Of a DNA stretch of 59,212 bases, positions 1 to 9,770 are shown one piece after another. Each line of letters begins with the position of its first letter. Position 1 is the first letter of the stretch. The notes below the pieces were generated by a model, which made no database searches, was not told the origin of the DNA, and saw only the letters and a list, made by a program, of their open reading frames with translations. Origin of the DNA: Chitinophagales bacterium. Lineage in GTDB: Bacteria; Bacteroidota; Bacteroidia; Chitinophagales; JADIYW01. The stretch covers positions 1-59,212 of the forward strand of contig JBIKPT010000001.1 in NCBI GenBank assembly GCA_044357355.1, written 5' to 3'. The position numbers and the translations under genes were made by a program.

Positions 1-690
1 CTTCAGCATACCATAAACGGCGTGTTTGCATCCAATCCTCTGGAAAATGGAGTAAACGGTTCACTCTGGACAATAGGCTATGAGTTTTCGATGTATCTGT
101 TTATCATTCCATTCATGTTTCTAAAAAAGAAAAAACAAAAAACGCAGGTCCTTTTCTTAGCAGTAATAGTTGTTAGCTTTTTTATTGGAAGAATTGCATT
201 AGGAAATTATCCAAATGATTTGCATATCGGTGTGCTATCACTGAATACCTGGTGGCATTTTGCATTATTATTTATGACGGGTTCTTTATTGTCTGTTCTG
301 AAGATTGAATCTTTCCCTTATAGAATTCCGATGATGGTGGTGTCTTCCATTTTATTTTTTGTGTTTATGAAGGCATCTTATTTTGAATTATTACAATATG
401 TATTATTTCCGCCAATCGTCATTATAGCCGGTGCAGGTGCCGTAAAAGGCATTTCTTCAATTGGAGAAAAAATTGGCGATGTTTCTTACGGAACCTACAT
501 TTATAGTTTTCCGCTGCAACAACTATTGATGTATTATTTTCAGCTTACAACCATAGAGCTGGTATTGATTTCCGTCCCGCTTTCCATCTTTTTTGGCTGG
601 ATTTCCTGGCATCTGATTGAAAAGCACGCATTGGGTCAAAAGAAAGCCATCTATCAGAAATTAAAGAATTGGATGAAGTTTCCTGTTTAA
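1..690 (+). CDS. Acyltransferase family 3 (OafA/YrhL-like integral-membrane O-acyltransferase), C-terminal part; 5' end is off-window
   Basis: The frame stays open back to nt 1 (LQHTINGVF...), so the listed GTG at 22 is not the real start. Multi-TM hydrophobic profile. SLWTIGYEF and DVSYGTYIYSFP-type motifs are typical of acyltransferase_3. Confidence 0.6.
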   Translation, partial: LQHTINGVFASNPLENGVNGSLWTIGYEFSMYLFIIPFMFLKKKKQKTQVLFLAVIVVSFFIGRIALGNYPNDLHIGVLSLNTWWHFALLFMTGSLLSVLKIESFPYRIPMMVVSSILFFVFMKASYFELLQYVLFPPIVIIAGAGAVKGISSIGEKIGDVSYGTYIYSFPLQQLLMYYFQLTTIELVLISVPLSIFFGWISWHLIEKHALGQKKAIYQKLKNWMKFPV

Positions 691-696
691 TAAATT

Positions 697-2613
697 CTAA
701 TTCTTAATAAATTTTCTTGAAACAGCTCCGTCAGAAGTATTGAAAGTAATGATATACTGAGCTGCCGGTAAATCTTCTATCTGCAAAGCATCCTGATGTA
801 ATCCGATTGACTGTGGGCCAAAATCTACTGTTCTGATTTCATTTCCTGATATGTCATAAACAACCACTGTCAATGATTCAGGTATTTTCATAAAATACTG
901 AAAACGCAGATAATTTTCTGTCGGATTCGGATAAACACTTAATAATTCTACCTGATTCTGTTTATTTTTTATGCCGACTGTAAGACCATTATTTCTGGGT
1001 GCATAAGGTACCAACGCCGGGTATGTTTTTGCGGTGTACGTTGGACCGGTGTAAAGCTTAAGATGATTTTCATTCACTTTTGTACACCATGTGCCCAATA
1101 ATTTTAAAGTCGGGCTCAGCAAGCCGCTTAAATCTGTTTGCCAGTAATCTGCACACGCAGAAGTTGGCGTTATATCCAACACAAAATATCCATTTGAATT
1201 TGGGTTAACATATTTTAAGTTGGGATTATTCGTATACATATAAGTCTGCATTCCTCCAAATAAACCACCGTTGACAACATTGTCTCCAACAAACTCTACT
1301 CCTACTGAGCCCTCACCAGTGGTTGGATTGTAAGGAGTCTGTCCGCCTGGTATATCAAATGCCATTGCAACGTGAATATCACCACTGATAACCACCATGT
1401 TTTTAATATTATACTGATTTATAGTATCCAGGATTTTTTTTCTCTCCAAAGGATAGATATCCCAACCTGCTGCACTATGCCAAGGAAAAGAGATTCCCAA
1501 AATAGTTTGTTTGTAGACAAATGATGAAAATACTACCTGGCTTGCAAAAATTTTCCAGGTCGAAGAGGTCGTTTTTAGTTGGTTAGTAATTAAGTCTAAC
1601 TGAGTATTTCCAAACATTGGTTTATCAGGTGTGTCAAAGCTAAGATTGTCAATATTTGTAATCAAATCAAGTCCTTGCTGTGGTGTATTGACATCAATTT
1701 TTCCGGTTCTGTTATCTGCATAATATATGTCTGCCAAATTACCAATCTTCTGAGTCCAGTTAATTACATTTGTTCGGGAAGCGTCTTCTCTCATCGGAAT
1801 CCATTCTTTATATACTCTGATGGCGGTTTCTTTTCTGGCTGCCCATGTTCCTTGTGTGGCAGGATAATGATAAGCAGACGTATCAGCGAAGGCATCATTG
1901 GCAAATTCATGGTCATCCCAAATCACTACCATTGGAAACTGCTGGTGCAACTCACGCAAAGATGGGTCTAAACGATACCACGCATAGCGTTGTCTGTAAC
2001 TCACCAAATCATAGGCGTCATATTCAGGAAAGGTTCTTCGCTTTAACGTGTCAATAGCGTCCGGACCTGTTCTTAAACCATCTTCGTAGATATAATCACC
2101 CAAATGAATTACAAAGTCAACATCGTTTCTTTTTCTGATAGCATCGTAAGCATTAAAATAGCCAAAAGAATAATTAGAACAATTGGCTACTGCAATTCTG
2201 TAGTTCGCCACGTTGCCAACCGGAGTTGTTTTTGTTCTTCCGCGCTGCGAATATCGTCCTAACGCTTCAAACTCATAGTAATAATAAGTATCCGGCTGCA
2301 ATCCGGCAACATCCACTTTAACGGTATAATCTCTGGAAGCATCCGTTGTAAAAACACCTTGTGCCACAATATTTTGCATCATTGTATCTCTGGCCACCCG
2401 CCATTTCACCTGCAAAGATGTCGTATCGGTAGTGACTCTGGTCCAGATGATTACCCTGTCAGTCAAAGGATCACCGGAAGCGACACCATGATAAAATGGT
2501 TGTATAGTAGAATCCAGAACCGAACGGTCATTAGGATAATCTGTGGCTTGTAAACTGCCTGAAAAAAGGCATGAAAAAGATATAAAACAAACTATGTGGT
2601 AAAATAGTCTCAT
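697..2613 (-). CDS. phoD: PhoD-family alkaline phosphatase/phosphodiesterase with a T9SS type-A C-terminal sorting domain
   Basis: Signal peptide. FYHGVASGDPLTDRVIIWTRV N-terminal PhoD signature. HLGDYIYE and WDDHEF metallophosphatase motifs. C-terminal ~80 aa (VYPNPTENYLRF...YIITF...) is a Por/T9SS CTD. Confidence 0.85.
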   Translation of the reverse strand: MRLFYHIVCFISFSCLFSGSLQATDYPNDRSVLDSTIQPFYHGVASGDPLTDRVIIWTRVTTDTTSLQVKWRVARDTMMQNIVAQGVFTTDASRDYTVKVDVAGLQPDTYYYYEFEALGRYSQRGRTKTTPVGNVANYRIAVANCSNYSFGYFNAYDAIRKRNDVDFVIHLGDYIYEDGLRTGPDAIDTLKRRTFPEYDAYDLVSYRQRYAWYRLDPSLRELHQQFPMVVIWDDHEFANDAFADTSAYHYPATQGTWAARKETAIRVYKEWIPMREDASRTNVINWTQKIGNLADIYYADNRTGKIDVNTPQQGLDLITNIDNLSFDTPDKPMFGNTQLDLITNQLKTTSSTWKIFASQVVFSSFVYKQTILGISFPWHSAAGWDIYPLERKKILDTINQYNIKNMVVISGDIHVAMAFDIPGGQTPYNPTTGEGSVGVEFVGDNVVNGGLFGGMQTYMYTNNPNLKYVNPNSNGYFVLDITPTSACADYWQTDLSGLLSPTLKLLGTWCTKVNENHLKLYTGPTYTAKTYPALVPYAPRNNGLTVGIKNKQNQVELLSVYPNPTENYLRFQYFMKIPESLTVVVYDISGNEIRTVDFGPQSIGLHQDALQIEDLPAAQYIITFNTSDGAVSRKFIKN

Positions 2614-2630
2614 AGAGAAAAAGTATTTAA

Positions 2631-2638
2631 CAAATATA
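2631..2638 (-). promoter_or_regulatory. Candidate Bacteroidota -7 box (TAnnTTTG) for phoD
   Basis: The minus strand reads TATATTTG, 17 nt upstream of the ATG. Confidence 0.35.
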
Positions 2639-2728
2639 AACTATTTTTTTTGCTGTACTCTAATCAAAAAACACAGAATGCGCTGTTAAAGTTCTTAAGA
2701 ATTTATTTTTAACACTGTTTAAACAATA

Positions 2729-3733
2729 TCAAACTGCAGTTTTTGTGCTTTTTAAGATTTTGTAAAATTGTTCTGCAGTTGTTTCCCAATTAAATTTTAC
2801 TGCTCTTTTTAATCCTTTCTCCATTAAATCCTGACGCAATAATGCGTTTGCTGCTAACTGACTCATCGCTTCTTTTATAGCAATTACTGATTCCGGATTT
2901 ACCAATACTGCGGCATCACCTGCAATTTCTTTACAAGATGTAGCATCAGAGGTTATGACCGGAATTCCGCAAGCCATCGCTTCTGCAATGGGCAAACCAA
3001 ATCCTTCATGCAGTGAAACAAAAACCAATCCGAGTGCCTGCTGGTAAAAATCTAACAGTTGCTCTTCAGAAATATTGGTATTTATTATCTCTACTCCTTT
3101 AATAGGTTCTTTTAATTCATATGGTTTTACTATAGCAATCAAACGAGGTCGTGTATGTTCGTCCAGTTGTTGATAAGCTTTCAGCAGGCGCTCAAAATTC
3201 TTTTTCTTTTGATAGGAAATAACAGTGAAAAAATAAGGTGCTTCGATTTTTTTCTTTGCTGCCGGTTTGAATTTCTCGTGATCAACGCCATTCCAGACAG
3301 CCGTAATTTTATCTGCAGGAAAGCCAACCGAATTTACGAGTTCACTTTTTGTGTAGTTACTGACTGTCATGACATGCGTAATATGTGCTTGCATCAGACT
3401 CCATTTTATTCGCTCTTTCCATCTTTTCAATTGTCCTGAAATTTGCTGTCGTGGTGTGAAATAAAACGTATCCAAAGGCAGCGTAAACATGGCCATTCCG
3501 TGCACGGTCAGCACCAGCGGTTTTTTTGTTTTCCGAAAGGCTAAAGGCGGTGCAATGCCACCACCGCAACGTGGATCCCAATATATATCTGCCTGCTCAA
3601 CCGGTAGTTCTTGTAAAGTTTTAAAGATGACGAACTCAATATTGTATTTCTCCTGAAGTATACGCATAATATTCCAGGCACAATGTTTCATGCTGTAAGG
3701 TGTATTTTCGGGCAAATAAACAGCTACTTTCAT
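2729..3733 (-). CDS. Glycosyltransferase family 4 (GT1-fold)
   Basis: EGFGLPIAEAMACGIPVITSD (EX7E region). I place the start at the internal ATG (MKVAVYL...), which gives an ATGA overlap with the upstream flippase stop. The ORF-track start at 3820 lies inside that gene. Confidence 0.8.
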   Translation of the reverse strand: MKVAVYLPENTPYSMKHCAWNIMRILQEKYNIEFVIFKTLQELPVEQADIYWDPRCGGGIAPPLAFRKTKKPLVLTVHGMAMFTLPLDTFYFTPRQQISGQLKRWKERIKWSLMQAHITHVMTVSNYTKSELVNSVGFPADKITAVWNGVDHEKFKPAAKKKIEAPYFFTVISYQKKKNFERLLKAYQQLDEHTRPRLIAIVKPYELKEPIKGVEIINTNISEEQLLDFYQQALGLVFVSLHEGFGLPIAEAMACGIPVITSDATSCKEIAGDAAVLVNPESVIAIKEAMSQLAANALLRQDLMEKGLKRAVKFNWETTAEQFYKILKSTKTAV

Positions 3734-5088
3734 TTTTGCTTTTTCAGATTTAAAAATGGCAGATAGACTATATAAAATCCGAATGTTTTTTTTATGTAGA
3801 CCGTTCCAATGATATTCCAAAGTACCATACTGATGGCATTTGCGATGGCAGCACCTTCTATTCCAAATTTTGGTACCAGTATAAGATTCATTGCAATATT
3901 TAGCACGGCTCCTAAGAGAGAAATATTTCTGAATTGTTTATGGTGCCCTGTGGCATTTAACAACTGCGCAACTGGTCCGCAAAACGTATTAAACACCTGA
4001 CCAATGGTTAGTATAGACAGACAAATTGCTCCTCTCATAAACTCAAGCCCATACAACCACATCACGTATTTTGAAAAAAACAACAGAATTATAAAAACCG
4101 GCACACTCAGTAAAAAAATCAATTTTGAAGATTTATACGCAATGCGCTGCACTTCATCTAATTTTTTCTGAGTATACAATTGTGTTATTTTAGGCTGTAC
4201 GGTTGTGTTCAAGGCAACTAACAAAGTAGCAGCAAGCATGGAAATATTCGTGCATGTCTTGTAGATTCCCACTAAGTCTGTGCCAACACCATAGAATTTT
4301 AAAATAAAAACATCAGCACTATTCGTCACTAAAAAAGCAGCATAGGTCATTAACATCGGAAATGCCACAGTCAACACCTGCTGGTGATTGACTGCTTGTA
4401 ATTTTTCTTCTTTTGCCGCTGGCTGATGAAAATATTTATATATCGGAATCAATGAAAATAACCAAGGCAGTAAACACAAAGTACTCCAATGTAGATAAAT
4501 AGGATTGAAGGTGTCAAAAAAATAAAACGTTATTACCAATAAAACCAGCAAACGGGTTATTGTCGGTAAAACCAACGACATATTTGCCGTATGTACTTTT
4601 AATGCAGCACGAAGGCTGAAATAATTCAATTCACCCAACACATAAAACGGCAAAAAAAGTGCAGAAATTCTGAACAGCCATAACATATTCGGCTCGTTCC
4701 AGTAAGTGATTAGCCAAGGTGAAATAAAATAAAGAAGTACAGCAGCTATCAAAGAAAAAAACAGAATCAACTGATTGCCTTTAAAAAAGATAGCATATGC
4801 CGTTTTGAGGTTATATTTTTCTCTTAATTCAGGAATTAATTTTTGCAAGGCTTCTTTTACGCCAAAATTGATAAAGATGGCAAAAATACCCATTACCGTA
4901 ACAATCAATGTAAGCCTGCCGGAAGCTTCGGCACCATAATACCTTCCAATTAAAACACCTGATATAAAACGTAAGCCTTGCACAAAAAACAAGGTAATAG
5001 CAGTGGACAAACTACCTTTCAGTACAAAACCAAAATTCTTGTCCTGTAAGGCATTCTGAAATTTATCTTTATACGATTGAATATTCAA
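3730..5088 (-). CDS. Wzx-type oligosaccharide/polysaccharide flippase (MOP superfamily)
   Basis: 452 aa, about 12-14 predicted TM helices, polysaccharide-biosynthesis-protein-like N-terminus. Translationally coupled to the GT4 gene. Confidence 0.7.
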   Translation of the reverse strand: MNIQSYKDKFQNALQDKNFGFVLKGSLSTAITLFFVQGLRFISGVLIGRYYGAEASGRLTLIVTVMGIFAIFINFGVKEALQKLIPELREKYNLKTAYAIFFKGNQLILFFSLIAAVLLYFISPWLITYWNEPNMLWLFRISALFLPFYVLGELNYFSLRAALKVHTANMSLVLPTITRLLVLLVITFYFFDTFNPIYLHWSTLCLLPWLFSLIPIYKYFHQPAAKEEKLQAVNHQQVLTVAFPMLMTYAAFLVTNSADVFILKFYGVGTDLVGIYKTCTNISMLAATLLVALNTTVQPKITQLYTQKKLDEVQRIAYKSSKLIFLLSVPVFIILLFFSKYVMWLYGLEFMRGAICLSILTIGQVFNTFCGPVAQLLNATGHHKQFRNISLLGAVLNIAMNLILVPKFGIEGAAIANAISMVLWNIIGTVYIKKTFGFYIVYLPFLNLKKQK

Positions 5089-5105
5089 CGGTGCTGTTTA
5101 CTTTG

Positions 5106-5113
5106 CAAAAATA
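5106..5113 (-). promoter_or_regulatory. Candidate -7 box for the flippase-GT4 operon
   Basis: The minus strand reads TATTTTTG, 17 nt upstream of ATG 5088. Confidence 0.35.
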
Positions 5114-5202
5114 GGTAATTGACCTTTATTTACACTACCTTTGAAAAAGTTCTGCATCAAAAGAATATGAACTTTTCCAAAGTTTAATTTCTTATTTTTT
5201 AT

Positions 5203-5210
5203 TATTTTTG
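5203..5210 (+). promoter_or_regulatory. Candidate -7 box for the MBOAT operon
   Basis: TATTTTTG, 32 nt upstream of ATG 5243. A second match, TACCTTTG, lies at 5136-5143. Confidence 0.35.
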
Positions 5211-5242
5211 AAGACGTCTAGAAAATGCGCTAAAAACAGAAC

Positions 5243-6754
5243 ATGCTATTTAACTCCTTACATTTCTTACTATTTTTTCCCGTTTTCTGTTTTCTCTATT
5301 TCAGTGTTCCAAAGCAATACCAATGGAAAATTTTAGTGGCTGGCGGTTATTATTTTTATGGAAACTTCAGTCCGTTTTTTGCTGTCATTTTATTTGTGAT
5401 TACCTGCAATGATTTTTTAGCAGGCATTATGATGGATAAAGCATCAACACAACAAAAAAAGAAAAAATGGTTGTTTTTAAGCATGGTTGGAAATTTAGGG
5501 ATTTTATTTACATTTAAATATCTGGATTTTGCTGATAACAACATTCGGGATTTTTTAGCGGTTTTTAATATCCCATGGTTTGTGCCTGAGCCTTTGTTTA
5601 ACAATTGGATTGTACCTGTTGGTGTTTCGTTTCTTACCTTTCAATCCTTAAGCTACACCATAGATGTTTATAAAGGTGTAACAAAAGCCGAAAAACATTT
5701 CGGGTATTTTGCTTCTTTCACGGCCTTCTGGCCGGTAATGGTGAACGGACCCATTGAGCGTGCTAAAAATTTATTACCACAAATAAAAGAAGAACATCGG
5801 TTTGATTACGACAGAATGCGGCATGGTTTATTTCGTATGGCCTGGGGCTTTTTTAAAAAGGCGGTTATTGCTGACAGACTCGCTTTTTATGTAGACAATC
5901 TTTATTTGCATTATGATGTAATTTCCGGCTGGACTACGTTAATCGGTGGTTTATTTTTCTTTATTCAGGTATATTGCGACTTTTCAGGATATTCTGATAT
6001 TGCATTTGGTGCCGCAAAAGTAATTGGTATTGATGTGATGGAAAATTTCAAACGTCCGTTTTTCTCTAAAAACTTAGCAGACTTCTGGACACGCTGGCAT
6101 ATCTCACTTTCTACCTGGCTGACGGATTATGTATTTTTCTATTTGGGTGCATATAAAGCAAGCGGCGGCAAGGTGATTTTCAACGTTATTTTTGTTTTAG
6201 CTATTTGCGGTTTGTGGCATGGTGCCAACTGGCCGATGGTGCTTTCATTCACGATGGTGGGCGTGTTTATGGCTATCCGCTATTGGTGGCAGGCAAATGT
6301 TGTTCGAGTTATAAAACCAAGCAATTCTTACCGATTGTTTGATAAATATATACCGGATTGGATGCATAGCATTGCAACCATATTATTGTTTCTGTTTTGT
6401 TTCTTATTATTCAGAGTGCATACAGCGCAAATGGCTATCAATCATATGCATCCGGATGCTCCGGTGGAATGGACAACGATTGCCAAAACGCTTTATACTA
6501 ACTTATTTAAGCTTCATACAGCAGGTTATTTCCAGGAATGGATGATTAATAAAGGTATTGTTCAGTTTGCTATTGCCGTTTTCTTTGTCTTTGTTTTATT
6601 TATAACAGAGGCTATTATTGGTGATGCTAAAATTGAATCAATAGTGCTGGCTAAAGAAAAACCGCAACGATGGGGAATTTACATCGTATTAGTAGTGAGT
6701 ATTGTCTGGTTTGGAATTTTTAATAACACTTCTTTTGTTTATTTTCAATATTAA
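5243..6754 (+). CDS. MBOAT-family membrane O-acyltransferase (AlgI/DltB-like)
   Basis: 503 aa polytopic protein. MLFNSLHFLLFFPV N-terminus and FWTRWHISLSTWL...CGLWHGANW (invariant MBOAT His) are characteristic of AlgI/DltB. Confidence 0.85.
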   Translation: MLFNSLHFLLFFPVFCFLYFSVPKQYQWKILVAGGYYFYGNFSPFFAVILFVITCNDFLAGIMMDKASTQQKKKKWLFLSMVGNLGILFTFKYLDFADNNIRDFLAVFNIPWFVPEPLFNNWIVPVGVSFLTFQSLSYTIDVYKGVTKAEKHFGYFASFTAFWPVMVNGPIERAKNLLPQIKEEHRFDYDRMRHGLFRMAWGFFKKAVIADRLAFYVDNLYLHYDVISGWTTLIGGLFFFIQVYCDFSGYSDIAFGAAKVIGIDVMENFKRPFFSKNLADFWTRWHISLSTWLTDYVFFYLGAYKASGGKVIFNVIFVLAICGLWHGANWPMVLSFTMVGVFMAIRYWWQANVVRVIKPSNSYRLFDKYIPDWMHSIATILLFLFCFLLFRVHTAQMAINHMHPDAPVEWTTIAKTLYTNLFKLHTAGYFQEWMINKGIVQFAIAVFFVFVLFITEAIIGDAKIESIVLAKEKPQRWGIYIVLVVSIVWFGIFNNTSFVYFQY

Positions 6755-6760
6755 TATCGG

Positions 6761-7843
6761 ATGCTGAAGAAAACGCTCAAACATATTTTACTGGTTGCAG
6801 TCATTCTGCTGGTCTTATCTTCGCTGGTAAGATATTTTATGCCATTTTATTGGGGCGATTCTACACAGACAGTAAAATATGAATATTATAAAAAAAACGC
6901 TGAAGCGTATAATGCCGTTTATCTGGGTGGAAGTTTAGAGTACAGACATATTGATCCGACGATTATTGATAGCATGGCAATGAAAAATGGAATTGACTTC
7001 CATTCATTTAATTTAGGTATTGATGGTCACGGCATCATTCAGCAGATGAGTGATTTGCAAGGCTTACTGCAAATTCGTAATCCGAATCTCAAATATATCT
7101 TTCTGAGTATAAGCAGTGAGCCGTATTTCTTTAAATCTAATTTACATACTCCAAAATGGGTTTCGTGGCATAGCGCTCAATCAACTTACAATGCATTGAG
7201 TATTATTCCATCTTTAGAAGAACCTTTAAAATTTCGCTCTAAGTTCAGTGGATTCTGGATATCCAGCTGGATAGAGAATCTATTTAATATTGGTACCGTG
7301 CCGGATATGCTGAAATATCATTTGGATAAGACTTATCTGGATTCGAGCTATATCGGAAAAGATTTGAATGGATTTTATCCGTATGATTATGAGGAAAATC
7401 ATTTGTTTATGGAATACAAATGGGAAGACACTTTACTTTTACAGTCGAGAAAACAATTCGAAAGCGGTGACTCCTATTCTGACACCTTGAATAAACGGGT
7501 ACTTGCCTCTTTTTCAAACTACAAAGGTGCTGAAAAACCAAATACAGCCATGGTTAAACTTTGCATGGATGCCTACAATGCCTGTAAAAAACGCGGTATA
7601 CAAGTATTTTTTATTTTGCCGCCAAAGGCTCGAACTACCTATAGTTTATTATTACCGGTATTTAATGCAATGCCTGAAGGTTCAAAAATAGAACTCGCAG
7701 ACATCAGAAAGTATCCTAAATTTTATACTATAGAATATGGTTATAATTTCCATCACTTAAACTACAAAGGTGCCAGATTATTCAGTAATGAAATGGCTAA
7801 GCAAACGATTCAATTATTAAAAGCAGAGAAAGATTCTATCTGA
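6761..7843 (+). CDS. Membrane-anchored extracytoplasmic protein, putative SGNH/DltD/AlgJ-like partner of the MBOAT
   Basis: Starts 6 nt after the MBOAT stop. Single N-terminal TM helix. VYLGGSLEY resembles the DltD GSSE/SGNH block I serine. C-terminal FHHLNYKGARLFS resembles the SGNH block V D/x-x-H...G motif. Pattern-level assignment only. Confidence 0.45.
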   Translation: MLKKTLKHILLVAVILLVLSSLVRYFMPFYWGDSTQTVKYEYYKKNAEAYNAVYLGGSLEYRHIDPTIIDSMAMKNGIDFHSFNLGIDGHGIIQQMSDLQGLLQIRNPNLKYIFLSISSEPYFFKSNLHTPKWVSWHSAQSTYNALSIIPSLEEPLKFRSKFSGFWISSWIENLFNIGTVPDMLKYHLDKTYLDSSYIGKDLNGFYPYDYEENHLFMEYKWEDTLLLQSRKQFESGDSYSDTLNKRVLASFSNYKGAEKPNTAMVKLCMDAYNACKKRGIQVFFILPPKARTTYSLLLPVFNAMPEGSKIELADIRKYPKFYTIEYGYNFHHLNYKGARLFSNEMAKQTIQLLKAEKDSI

Positions 7844-7854
7844 TGTTCAAAAAA

Positions 7855-8364
7855 TCAAATAGGCTCTACGGCTTTATGCACCTTAAATGCATAGATACGT
7901 TGAAGATAATAAGAAGTTGCTACAACGATAACTGATGTAATTAATCTGGATGGCAACGGATAAAAATGCAGTACTTCCACAAAAAATTTCAAAAATCCAA
8001 CATTCATTACTACGCACAAAGCAACCACACTCAGGTAATTGACCACTTGTCGTCTACCTCTAACTATAGAGTTTGTCCATACTACATAACGGCTCAGGTA
8101 AAAGCCTGTTGGCGTACTAATCAGAAATGCTAAAATCAATGATGCAATATGCGGACTGAATGTGAAAAAAGATGTTTTAAAATTTTGCGCAGTAAAAATA
8201 TAGTGATAGGCAACAAAGAAAATGGCCATATCAAATGCCAGATTCAAACCGCCACATGCCATATATAGATAACTTTGTTTGGGAATAAATCTGAAGAACC
8301 ACTCACGTATCGTTAATAAAATGGCTCGTATAAAATTGGCAAGCAGAATCATCTTTACAAACAC
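7855..8364 (-). CDS. GtrA-family small membrane protein
   Basis: 169 aa, 4 TM helices. GGLNLAFDMAIFF and YLSRYVVW motifs are typical of GtrA-like proteins. Confidence 0.7.
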   Translation of the reverse strand: MFVKMILLANFIRAILLTIREWFFRFIPKQSYLYMACGGLNLAFDMAIFFVAYHYIFTAQNFKTSFFTFSPHIASLILAFLISTPTGFYLSRYVVWTNSIVRGRRQVVNYLSVVALCVVMNVGFLKFFVEVLHFYPLPSRLITSVIVVATSYYLQRIYAFKVHKAVEPI

Positions 8365-8391
8365 AAAGATAACAAAAACAAATAAATACGG

Positions 8392-9069
8392 CTATAGCAA
8401 CTGTGGCAACTGAATCAAGTTTATTTTATATTCAAAGTCTTTACTGCTGCAAACACAGCAACTATAGATTGCTTCTATAGATATAAATGCATACACAAAC
8501 TCAGTGGTATCACATAACACTTTGCCGGTCTTGCTCAATGATATCTTATCAGATAACACCACATGTGTATCAGATAGAATTTCCACACCACGTCCATCAC
8601 ATTTTATCGCGCTTTCTTTAAGCGACCAAAAATCAAAAAATGTTTTTTGCGGATTTTCGGACAAATCTATGTTCATGCATTCCATTTTATCAAAATAACG
8701 GTCTGCAACATTCATTTTTAAGATTCGATGCTTTTCAATATCGATTCCAACTTTGGAAAAATCTGAAATGGCAACAATGACATAATCACCGGAATGAGAA
8801 ATATTAAAATCAATTTCTTCATTTATAAATGGTCTGTCTTTTGCACCAATTTTAATATCATGTAATGTGTAGTTTAATGCTAATTGCTGAAATGCTTTTT
8901 TCAAAAGTACTTTACCCAACAAAGAAGCTTGTGCGCTTTGCCAGTGTTTGTAAGCGTTTATGTCTTGTTGAAATGAATCAGGCAATTGCAATAAAAATTG
9001 CTGAAAAATCTTTTCTGGTAATTTTTCTGTTTGTTTGAGGTAGAATATATGAATGGTGCTATTTTTCAA
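8392..9069 (-). CDS. Sfp-type 4'-phosphopantetheinyl transferase
   Basis: FNISHSGDYV, VGIDIE and WSLKESAIK (W/F-x-x-KE-A/S-x-x-K) PPTase motifs. Overlaps the thioesterase gene by 11 nt. Confidence 0.85.
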   Translation of the reverse strand: MKNSTIHIFYLKQTEKLPEKIFQQFLLQLPDSFQQDINAYKHWQSAQASLLGKVLLKKAFQQLALNYTLHDIKIGAKDRPFINEEIDFNISHSGDYVIVAISDFSKVGIDIEKHRILKMNVADRYFDKMECMNIDLSENPQKTFFDFWSLKESAIKCDGRGVEILSDTHVVLSDKISLSKTGKVLCDTTEFVYAFISIEAIYSCCVCSSKDFEYKINLIQLPQLL

Positions 9070-9760
9070 CGGGTAATTTCATTTTTATAAAATCAACAAC
9101 TTCATTGTTTTCGTACATAAAGAAATGTCCGCCTTTAAAATATTTTACTTCAATATCTAATGAAAAGAATTTTTTCCAACCTTGCATTTTTTCTTCTGTC
9201 ACATTTCTGGTGTCTTTATCGCCGAATAAAATGGTTGCAGGAATATTAATTGATTCAATACTTTCAAATGTTTCGTTAAAGTGTTGGAGCATTTCGAAAT
9301 CACTTCGCAAAATCGGCTCGTAAAACTCTTTTAATTCTTTGTGTTGTAATAATTGTTCCGGAACACCATCGTATTGTTGCACAACGTTCCAAAATTCTTC
9401 TGATGAAATCCCAATAATACTCGGTTCGTTTTTGTAGGCATCAGGACTTAAACGCGATGCTAAGAAAAGATGCCTAGGTAAGGATCTGTTTTCCTGTTGT
9501 AATTTGTACGCCAGCAAAAAGCCAATTATAGAGCCCATACTGTTGCCAACAATAAAATACTCTTCAGGCTGTTGTTTTATGAGTTGCTCATATATATCAT
9601 TAACGGCTTCCTGCAAACTTTTAACGAATGGTTCCGCTATTCTGTCACTTCTTCCGGGCAGTTCAAACGCCATACTTTCAATTTCAGGCAACAGCTGTTG
9701 CTGCATCTTTCTGTATGCATATTTGTCGCCGCCAGCATGGTGTAATAAAATTGCTTTCAT
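9059..9760 (-). CDS. Type II (discrete) thioesterase, alpha/beta hydrolase
   Basis: 233 aa. GNSMGS nucleophile elbow (GxSxG) and C-terminal GGHFF histidine motif. Size and layout match TEII/GrsT-like enzymes. Confidence 0.8.
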   Translation of the reverse strand: MKAILLHHAGGDKYAYRKMQQQLLPEIESMAFELPGRSDRIAEPFVKSLQEAVNDIYEQLIKQQPEEYFIVGNSMGSIIGFLLAYKLQQENRSLPRHLFLASRLSPDAYKNEPSIIGISSEEFWNVVQQYDGVPEQLLQHKELKEFYEPILRSDFEMLQHFNETFESIESINIPATILFGDKDTRNVTEEKMQGWKKFFSLDIEVKYFKGGHFFMYENNEVVDFIKMKLPVEK

Positions 9761-9770
9761 TTAAAAAATT

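Noticed and set aside
3734-3820. Longer start (MEYHWNGLHKK...) for the GT4 gene, as given in the ORF track.
   Set aside because: The extension overlaps the 3' end of the flippase gene by 91 nt. The internal ATG at 3733 gives a typical GT4 N-terminus (MKVAVYL) and a 4-nt ATGA coupling overlap.
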